A stretch of DNA of 64,000 nt, taken from a virus. Within the stretch, counting starts at the first letter, position 1. Every line of letters begins with the position of its first letter. The notes below the pieces were generated by a model. It was given only the letters and a program-made list of their open reading frames with translations. It did no database searches and was not told where the DNA came from. Shown here piece by piece: positions 28,988-35,676 of the stretch. The translations under genes and the position numbers were made by a program. Where the stretch lies: the IMG/VR virus record IMGVR_UViG_3300037391_000017, positions 1 to 64,000 of that record. The stretch is one strand, 5' to 3'.

Positions 28988-29730
28988 ATTTCGAAAACCT
29001 CCGCTTTGTACTCTTGTTGCCTCGGCCCCATGTTTACTCTTTCATGAGGGTAACCAAAAGGATAACACACCACATGCGTTTCTCCAAGGAAGTATTCCGC
29101 CATGCCATGCGTGTGCCCATGAAACCAGTATCTCGGCTGTTTGGCTTGGATCAGTTCCGTCTCATCCGATACGAAAAACCGATTGGTCGGTTGATTGAAA
29201 AACTGTGGCGGCGTGCTCCGAGGGTGCGGCAGATGATGACTCAACACCACGGTCTGAGGCGTCACCAGCCGCATCGCAGCCTCGCGGAACGCAAAGTTGT
29301 CATCGTACACCCACTGACGAAGGTCCTTAATCACGTGGAAATCCGACATGAGGTTCTCGTACAACTGGTTCAACGGTTGATGGGGAAACCACATCGTGCC
29401 GCCGAAGAAGTGGATGCCGTCGAGAGTCACATCGCTGTTTTGCAGCCAGACGAAGTTCTTCGGCATGTAAGACCTGAGAACAAATTCCGTTCGCTCGCGG
29501 GTGCCGCCGTAGTATTCGTGGTTGCCCGTGGTGTAGAGGACGTGGCGGGCTTTCTTGCTCAGGAAGTCGAGCACGTCCTTGACATTCTTCGGATGCTGGC
29601 GGCAGGGAACGACGATATCTCCGGGTAGGGCGAGGAAATCCAGATCGGGGGCGAAGTCTATCCGCTTGAGAACGGACAGCGGCATGTCATAGAACTCGGT
29701 GTGCAGGTCGCTGACGATCTGGAGCTTCAT
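28984..29730 (-). CDS. Calcineurin-like metallophosphoesterase
   Basis: SDLH, GD, GNHE, HHLP, HGHTH. Confidence 0.9.
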   Translation of the reverse strand: MKLQIVSDLHTEFYDMPLSVLKRIDFAPDLDFLALPGDIVVPCRQHPKNVKDVLDFLSKKARHVLYTTGNHEYYGGTRERTEFVLRSYMPKNFVWLQNSDVTLDGIHFFGGTMWFPHQPLNQLYENLMSDFHVIKDLRQWVYDDNFAFREAAMRLVTPQTVVLSHHLPHPRSTPPQFFNQPTNRFFVSDETELIQAKQPRYWFHGHTHGMAEYFLGETHVVCYPFGYPHERVNMGPRQQEYKAEVFEI

Positions 29731-30109
29731 AGGGAGTAATACTCAAAAATATCGTGCAAGGATTTGTCCCGCTCAAACGTTTATATCAACGACAGGAAAA
29801 TAAAGTCGCTGACGGTCGGGAGAAACAGGCCCCTCGAACGTTTTTATCTTTGACGGGCTGTAACGCTTTGACCCCTCCCGTGCGATTTACAAATATACGG
29901 TGCGTTTTTCACCGTCTCAGCGTCTTTGTCTAATAGGAGAACACACGTGAACTTTGATTCGTTGTGCGCCGTTGGCCGTATGTATATTATAGCACGGAGG
30001 ATCGTGCTCGGGATAGTCTTCTTGGCTGCCGCAGGGCTGGGCGTGACTATCTACAAACTGCAACATCAACCCGTCCAGTACGACACGGACGGCTACCAGA
30101 ACCATAGGT

Positions 30110-30352
30110 ATGACGCAAGGTACGAACCAGTTGTGCTGGATGGGCTGCGGTCGGGAAGCCAAGTTCGGGGGTGGGAGCGAGCAGCTTAGGTGCTCGAAGA
30201 AGACCATTGACTGTCCCCAGTTCAAAGCACGGACGATGACGGGTAACCGTGGCGTCCGCAACTGGGGCTCGTTCGCAAATAACGCCTCGCAGAACACGCG
30301 AAACATGATCGGCAACGCCAAGTCGTTCAACATTCGAAGACGCGGCAAGTAA
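30110..30352 (+). CDS. Small Cys-containing hypothetical protein
   Basis: CWMGCG..C..CP; converges on the end of the tRNA array. Confidence 0.5.
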   Translation: MTQGTNQLCWMGCGREAKFGGGSEQLRCSKKTIDCPQFKARTMTGNRGVRNWGSFANNASQNTRNMIGNAKSFNIRRRGK

Positions 30353-30355
30353 AAT

Positions 30356-30431
30356 TGGGGGCGTTTACGGGAGTCGAACCCGCCATCATGTGATTGAAAG
30401 TCACAGGTCCAAGCCGATAGACGGAAACGCC
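30356..30431 (-). tRNA. tRNA-Glu(TTC)
   Basis: Cloverleaf, loop CT-TTC-AA, encoded CCA. Confidence 0.9.
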
Positions 30432-30608
30432 ATGTTTCTAAACTCTGCGGTTGTTGTCCACAACCCCTGCAAGGGCAGCGACCTTCAACCGCTTTGGGAC
30501 TTGGCTGTACCAAAATCCGTACACTTCACGTTTGCAGACGTTGCTGCACGAACATCGCGGGTATTCGCCGTATTCCCCGCCAGCCTAGAGGAAACTACCC
30601 CCTAATCT

Positions 30609-30684
30609 TGGTACGCCGTGTTGGACTCGAACCAACGGTCTCTACCTTGTCATGGTAGCGATTTAGCCGCTAATCTAACAGCGC
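30609..30684 (-). tRNA. tRNA-Val(GAC)
   Basis: Cloverleaf, loop AT-GAC-AA, CCA. Confidence 0.9.
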
Positions 30685-30686
30685 AC

Positions 30687-30775
30687 TGGTGTACCCGAGA
30701 GGGATCGAACCTCCGACCTGCTTCCAGCAACCCGAAGGCTGATGGAAACCGCTCTGCCAGTTGAGCTACAGGCAC
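30687..30775 (-). ncRNA. Anticodon-less tRNA-like RNA (G3:U70, A73, UUCG-capped long arm)
   Basis: Normal acceptor, D and T arms and CCA; anticodon arm is gtttcca-t-cagcc-TTCG-ggttg-c-tggaagc. Confidence 0.85.
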
Positions 30776-30846
30776 AAACAAACTGGTGGAAAGGAAACCC
30801 CGGCAAGGATTTTACATTGCTACATGTCTGCAACAACCCACCCGTA

Positions 30847-31056
30847 CTATTTCTGAGCTTCTCGGATTGCTCGTAGAAGCGCATTCTGCGAAGCATCCTC
30901 GGGCAAACCATACTCCAAGTTCGCCTTCTTCAAATGTGCATCCCTACGCAACCCCGTATCGATACCGAACTCGTCTTCGAAGGTTCCGACGTGCTTGTCG
31001 TTACGTGTCTTGCGAATCTGACCATCTTCATCTGTAGAACGATCATCTAGTCCCAT
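30847..31056 (-). CDS. 69-aa protein (MGLDDRSTDEDGQIRK...)
   Basis: AGGAGG SD. Confidence 0.7.
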   Translation of the reverse strand: MGLDDRSTDEDGQIRKTRNDKHVGTFEDEFGIDTGLRRDAHLKKANLEYGLPEDASQNALLRAIREAQK

Positions 31057-31071
31057 ACAGCCTCCTAAACT

Positions 31072-31147
31072 TGGTGGACCCGAGGGGATTCGAACCCCTG
31101 ACCTCCGCAGTGCGAGTGCGGCGTTCTCCCAACTGAACTACGAGCCC
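31072..31147 (-). tRNA. tRNA-Ala(CGC)
   Basis: Cloverleaf, G3:U70, CT-CGC-AC. Confidence 0.95.
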
Positions 31148-31539
31148 AACTCAAAATCTTTCGCCCAACGGATACCGTCACGCTGGTTGTTCTTCGACGG
31201 TGCCAAACGCAACTGGCATCCAGCGATAGGCGCATCTATCACGGGAATTACGTACACCTTATCGAGTTCCACGCAATACACCGCAAACAAATCCGCATCC
31301 CCACGATAGTCCCGACGTGGACAATTTCGAGATTGGCTACAGGTGTCAAATCTTAAAACAGTACGACCCCTGCACAGACGCCCTTTCTTCACTTGAATCC
31401 GCACGGCGTTCGCACCATCCAGAGTCACCAAATCGTACCGCTGGGCGTCCCCAAATGGGACCAGAACCTCTTTACCGTTTCTTACCAGTGCCGCCAGTAC
31501 AGCGGCCACAGCCATGTTTCCCGCTTGAGAGCTATTCAT
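31138..31539 (-). mobile_element. PD-(D/E)XK homing-endonuclease-like protein (group I intron-associated family)
   Basis: PFGDAQRYDLV, IQVKKG, DYRGDADLFAVYC; own TG-TAGAAT promoter. Confidence 0.8.
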
Positions 31540-31557
31540 CTCTCCATTCTATCACAC

Positions 31558-32625
31558 CTACTCGCCCGCGATAACCGAGTGTAGGGGAGAGGACGGCTCC
31601 CACACGAGCTTCCCATCCGTTGCCCCTCCATCTTTCGCATGTTTTTCAGCAGTTGCCTTGAGCAGCGCGGCCACACTATCCAGATTCGCAAGGTGCGGTG
31701 TAATCGGGCCATGTTCTAGGCAATCCACCGTGAAGAAACGAAATCCAAAATCCGTGCCTTCTGATGCTTCACATCGCCGCCCACACTGCGGACAAACGAT
31801 GAAAGTCTCACTATGCCCGTCCTCCTCCACCTTTACCATGATCTTGAAATCCATTATCACTGGCTCGGCTGGCGTTTCCTCGCGATTATACGCAGGTGCG
31901 GTATGCCGGGATGAATCCTTCTGCCAATCAATATCCCACCGACGAAACACAGAACCCGAAGCTACCAACTTCGCCGCCATGTAATTGAAATAGTAATCGC
32001 GCAATTGATCCACCACGGGAGACACTTTCTTATCTTTGAGTAGCGGTGCCCAAGGGTACGCCCAGCGCCCGTTGTCCATCTTAATTTTCATGTTCGCCGA
32101 CATCACCACGATAGCCTGCACGTGCGGAAGAGACTCCTTTCCAGTATCTTTCTTGTACTTGAGCATAATCCGTTCGCACAGAATCAAGAAATCTGTTGGG
32201 TGATGTAGACGATTATTCTCGTTCGCAATCAAAACGAGTCCGAAAGCATCTGGCTTATTCAGACGGCGCTTGGACGCCTTGATCTGGAAGTTGGCTTTGA
32301 GGATGTGGTTCTTAATGGATGGTTCCAGCAGAGCACACCACTCGTCTTGTAGGTCAAGGGACAAGTCTTTCAACCTGAGCATCGTCTGCCCAATCGGAGC
32401 AACGCGGCCCGACGCCTGCCAACGTGCAAACATATCCGTTAATGCCGCGTAGTATTCGTCTGACGGGTCTTCCAGCAGCGTCTTTTGCTCCACGATCAAG
32501 TTGAGGTCGGGATACCAGTAATCTGCGCTCGGCTCACCCTCTTCGGTGGAGAACGGGATTAGGGTTCCTCCGACAGCGACCGTGATGTCACGCCACAACT
32601 GCTCCGACTTTGCAAACTGAAACAT
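31558..32625 (-). CDS. PD-(D/E)XK-like nuclease with a C-terminal zinc ribbon
   Basis: Start re-called at MFQFAK after GGAGG; SADYW..LIVEQKTL; CPQC...CLEH. Confidence 0.6.
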   Translation of the reverse strand: MFQFAKSEQLWRDITVAVGGTLIPFSTEEGEPSADYWYPDLNLIVEQKTLLEDPSDEYYAALTDMFARWQASGRVAPIGQTMLRLKDLSLDLQDEWCALLEPSIKNHILKANFQIKASKRRLNKPDAFGLVLIANENNRLHHPTDFLILCERIMLKYKKDTGKESLPHVQAIVVMSANMKIKMDNGRWAYPWAPLLKDKKVSPVVDQLRDYYFNYMAAKLVASGSVFRRWDIDWQKDSSRHTAPAYNREETPAEPVIMDFKIMVKVEEDGHSETFIVCPQCGRRCEASEGTDFGFRFFTVDCLEHGPITPHLANLDSVAALLKATAEKHAKDGGATDGKLVWEPSSPLHSVIAGE

Positions 32626-32641
32626 ACGTCCTCCGTGAACT

Positions 32642-32717
32642 TGGTGCACCTTGCAGGATTTGAACCTGCGACTCCCACCGTGTGAAAGTGGTACTCTGGC
32701 CGCTGAGTTAAAAGTGC
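32642..32717 (-). tRNA. tRNA-Val(CAC)
   Basis: Cloverleaf, TT-CAC-AC, CCA. Confidence 0.9.
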
Positions 32718-32723
32718 AAAACT

Positions 32724-32799
32724 TGGTAGCGTTGATGGGAGTCGAACCCACCGTCATTGCATTGAGAGTGCAAGGTCCAAACCGATAGACGGCAACGCC
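32724..32799 (-). tRNA. tRNA-Glu(CTC)
   Basis: Cloverleaf, CT-CTC-AA, CCA. Confidence 0.9.
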
Positions 32800-32869
32800 A
32801 CAATCATATAATTGGCCCTTTTAGTGAAATTCTTCACGGTTTTGGCCGTTTTATACGACGTAATAAACT

Positions 32870-32945
32870 TGGTGGACCTAAGGGGGGTCGAACCCCTGAC
32901 CTCATCCATGCCATGGATGCGCTCTCCCAACTGAGCTACAGGCCC
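32870..32945 (-). tRNA. tRNA-Ala(GGC)
   Basis: Cloverleaf, G3:U70, AT-GGC-AT. Confidence 0.95.
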
Positions 32946-32948
32946 AAA

Positions 32949-33356
32949 TTACCACTCCCAAAGTTTCGCGTCGATGTACTCCGCGATGTTGTTCTTTGGA
33001 CGTTCGTACCGCAACGTTAAAACCGATTGTCCATCCCACAAAACCGCTGGGAGCATGTAAACTTTATTCGTTTGCGGCGAGTACGCTGCGATGAAATCAA
33101 CCTCAGCCGCCGTATACTTTTTCCGCTTCTTGTTGTGACCGATGGACGACACTTTCACTTGGAAGCTGCCACTCGTTGCTTTGGACGATGCTCCCGCGTA
33201 CTTAACCTGCACACGAGACAGCTTCCCGTCCACATCCATCACTAAATCGTAGCGGCAATTCTCCGTTACGGGGCGACTCATCATGACGCCCTTTTCAATT
33301 GCGCGGAGCAGAACCCTAAGAATGGCCTGCTCACCCTTGGTCGTGGTTATATCCAT
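32949..33356 (-). mobile_element. Second PD-(D/E)XK homing-endonuclease-like protein
   Basis: TTTKGE, RYDLV, RVQVKY, YTAAEVDFIAAY; TG-TATCAT-N6-ATG. Confidence 0.85.
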
Positions 33357-33378
33357 CTTACGATGATACCACAAAATC

Positions 33379-33453
33379 TGGAGCGAGTGGTGGGATTCGA
33401 ACCCACGACCTGATGGTTGGGAACCACCTATTCTACCACTGAACTACACCCGC
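33379..33453 (-). tRNA. tRNA-Gly(CCC)
   Basis: Cloverleaf, U73, TT-CCC-AA. Confidence 0.95.
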
Positions 33454-33511
33454 AGCGGGTGCGAGAAGGGGCTCGCGTCGTCTCGGCTCCGTTTAGCCGA
33501 ACCCGTAATCT

Positions 33512-33586
33512 TGGAGCGGACAGCGGGGCTCGAACCCGCGACCTCATCCTTGGCAAGGATGCGTTCTACCACTGAACTATGTCCGC
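33512..33586 (-). tRNA. tRNA-Gly(GCC)
   Basis: Cloverleaf, TT-GCC-AA. Confidence 0.95.
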
Positions 33587-33793
33587 ACTACGTGTGTCCC
33601 AGTCGGTCGGCTTTCACCACAATTGGTTCGGATTTCTCGGAACCAACGCCCCTGTTGGGGATCGAGTCTCGCAGCCGCAGCTACGGCGTTTTTCACTTTC
33701 GTGTCCACGCGGATCACACGGGTTACTTATTTGGGGAGGATGGGCGTTACTCCAGTTTTGACCTCCGTCCAACAACGGAGCCTCCCCTAATCT

Positions 33794-33868
33794 TGGAGCG
33801 AGCAACGGGAATCGAACCCGTCTCTGTGGCTTGGAGGGCCACGGCACCGCCAGTTATACCTTACTCGC
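33794..33868 (-). tRNA. tRNA-Gly(TCC), atypical (A8, C33)
   Basis: Cloverleaf, CC-TCC-AA, U73-CCA. Confidence 0.85.
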
Positions 33869-33879
33869 TTAAAGTATTC

Positions 33880-34254
33880 GTGTTGAACCTATAGCCGGGA
33901 TTCTGTCGCGGACGACCATTCCTCTAGGCGTTGCATCACTACAACGCTCAAGCACCCTACCCGCTGATTACCCGCCTCTTGCGAAGCGAACGGATCGAAC
34001 ACAATCCTGCTCAGCCTATTTGGGCTTCTGCACGTGGAGATTGCTCGTTTCACCCGAACTGAATCGGCTCGTCTCTGTAGCTCTAATCGTCAACACCCTT
34101 GCGGGTGCCGCCCAGCCGTTAGCTGGCACGCTGTTCTTTGCAGTCCCGAACTTCCTCCCCTGCGCTCAACGCCGGACTTGGTTGGGAAGGCTTTCGCCAA
34201 CGCTTCCAAGCACAGGACGTATATCTACGCAGCGGCGGTCGTCCAGTTCAACAC
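33880..34254 (-). ncRNA. rnpB: RNase P RNA, bacterial type A-like
   Basis: P1 gtgttgaac/gttcaacac; GAGGAAGUUCGGGA and ACAGAAUCCCGGCUAU forming P4; tgccag-taac-ctggg, acagagacgag, gggtgaaac, ctagaggaatg landmarks in order. Confidence 0.9.
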
Positions 34255-34331
34255 AAATTTTCAAAGAGCCTACTATACTAGGCGAAAGCTGACCTTCTGC
34301 CTCTAAAGCCCAATATGCTAGGCTTTAATCT

Positions 34332-34407
34332 TGGAGCACCCGGTCGGTGTCGAGCCGACTCAGTAGTGGTTTTGCAGACCACCGCGTTCCCGTTTCGCCA
34401 CGGATGC
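34332..34407 (-). tRNA. tRNA-Cys(GCA)
   Basis: Cloverleaf, CT-GCA-AA, U73. Confidence 0.85.
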
Positions 34408-34529
34408 AAACTTTTTGAAAGCACTCGACTCGGTAGGGTTCGATTCCTACATAAGCGCACAACCACCACGCTATTTATTGGAACAGGCGATTTAGCCTGC
34501 CTTAACTTACGTCTGGCGCTCTCAAAGCT

Positions 34530-34606
34530 TGGCGGTGACGGGGGGATTTGAACCCCTATATTCTCCCGTGACAGGGGAGCCCATTAGCCAGTTATGGTAC
34601 GTCACC
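34530..34606 (-). tRNA. tRNA-Asp(GTC)
   Basis: Cloverleaf, CT-GTC-AC, G73. Confidence 0.9.
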
Positions 34607-34612
34607 AAAATT

Positions 34613-34691
34613 TGGCGGGGACGACGGGATTTGAACCCGCGATCTCTTCCGTGACAGGGAAGCATGTTAGACCGGGCTACACCACGGCCCC
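34613..34691 (-). tRNA. tRNA-Asp(GTC), second copy
   Basis: Cloverleaf, CT-GTC-AC, G73. Confidence 0.9.
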
Positions 34692-34705
34692 GCATTACAA
34701 AAACT

Positions 34706-34780
34706 TGGAAGCGGCGGCGAGAATCGAACTCGCGAATAAAGACGTTGCAGGTCTCGACCTTACCACTTGGCTACGCCGCT
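34706..34780 (-). tRNA. tRNA-Cys(GCA), second copy
   Basis: Cloverleaf, CT-GCA-AC, U73. Confidence 0.9.
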
Positions 34781-34793
34781 GTGAATCTAAAAT

Positions 34794-34868
34794 TGGTGGA
34801 CACGGGGGGATTTGAACCCCTTCTTTCACTTTGCAAGAGTGACGCATTCCCAGTTATGCTACCGGCCC
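34794..34868 (-). tRNA. tRNA-Ala(TGC), divergent acceptor stem
   Basis: G3:U70, CT-TGC-AA, mismatches at pairs 5 and 6. Confidence 0.8.
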
Positions 34869-35086
34869 ATTTTTGCTGGCTTCGCGACACTCTTCAACGT
34901 GCCGTGAGTCAGATCAAACTCTAATTGCCGAACCACCATCTTGTCCATCTTGTCGAGGACTTCATCCTCGGTGTCGGCAGTCGCAACTAATCCCAACGTC
35001 GGGTGCCACGCTTGGAAGCCCCAATCCTGTCTCTCGACCTCTACAGTCGTGACCAGCTTTACGATACGTGATCTGTTGCGTTTCAT
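34859..35086 (-). CDS. HicB-like fold small protein
   Basis: VEVERQDWGFQAWHPTLGLVATADTEDEVLDKM matches the HicB N-terminal pattern. Confidence 0.55.
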   Translation of the reverse strand: MKRNRSRIVKLVTTVEVERQDWGFQAWHPTLGLVATADTEDEVLDKMDKMVVRQLEFDLTHGTLKSVAKPAKMGR

Positions 35087-35101
35087 CTTTCAATCCAATC
35101 T

Positions 35102-35177
35102 TGGTGCGCCGGGTGGGACTCGAACCCACGGTAGTCGTCTTGTAAGGGCGATGCTTTAGCCGCTAAGCTACCCGCGC
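35102..35177 (-). tRNA. tRNA-Val(TAC)
   Basis: Cloverleaf, CT-TAC-AA, CCA. Confidence 0.9.
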
Positions 35178-35189
35178 AAATTTTACCGC

Positions 35190-35222
35190 AAAAACAAAAA
35201 GGACGCTCTGTTTGAGCGTCCT
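35190..35222 (-). terminator. Attenuator terminator immediately upstream of the tRNA array
   Basis: aggacgctc-aaaca-gagcgtcct then ttttgttttt. Confidence 0.85.
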
Positions 35223-35271
35223 CGGAAACCGTTGATTTGGAAGTTGTTACTCTCCAAACCCTCCCGAGGAC
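35218..35271 (-). promoter_or_regulatory. Antiterminator hairpin
   Basis: gtcctcggga/ttccgaggac (10 bp) plus ggtttggag/ttccaaatc; overlaps the 5' arm of the terminator. Confidence 0.75.
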
Positions 35272-35378
35272 ACCATATCTCCTACCGCCGCCGCGTCAGC
35301 GGCGACAGTACCGCGTTCGGCTGCGCTACACGCTGCGACCGTCACGATAACACCTGCGTTTTGGAGATTGGAGTTCAT
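35247..35378 (-). CDS. 43-aa GNN-codon-rich leader peptide MNSNLQNAGVIVTVAACSAAERGTVAADAAAVGDMVSSGGFGE
   Basis: 26 of 43 codons are GNN; first ATG after the promoter; stop lies in the antiterminator loop. Confidence 0.75.
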   Translation of the reverse strand: MNSNLQNAGVIVTVAACSAAERGTVAADAAAVGDMVSSGGFGE

Positions 35379-35393
35379 AAGCGTCTCTGTACT

Positions 35394-35421
35394 ATAATAC
35401 CCGAATTTCAAAAACTTGCAA
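35394..35421 (-). promoter_or_regulatory. Sigma70-like promoter of the tRNA operon
   Basis: TTGCAA-N16-TATTAT. Confidence 0.7.
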
Positions 35422-35600
35422 CAACTATTTTTCAGAAAAGAGCGAGAGCCTATGTCCTGCACCCGCGTTGCGGGAAAACTAAGCGGACAAACGCCGTCTC
35501 CGACCGACCTAACGCGAGGGCATGATCCCCGTTCGCTTATCGGCTCTCTTGCTGGTGCAGCTTCATCAGGCGGATGAGCGCCAACTGCATCAGCGAAACT

Positions 35601-35676
35601 TGGTGGACCTGAACGGGCTCGAACCGATGACCTCTTCCTTGCAAAGGAAGCGTTCTCCCAACTGAACTACAGGCCC
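35601..35676 (-). tRNA. tRNA-Ala(TGC), upstream of the attenuator
   Basis: Cloverleaf, G3:U70, TT-TGC-AA. Confidence 0.95.

Noticed and set aside
32626-32757. N-terminal 44 aa of ORF 31558..32757
   Set aside because: Overlaps tRNA-Val and tRNA-Glu; a GGAGG-preceded ATG at 32625 is the better start.
35553-35590. Hammerhead ribozyme suggested by CTGATGA
   Set aside because: No correctly placed GAAA, cleavage triplet or three-stem core found.
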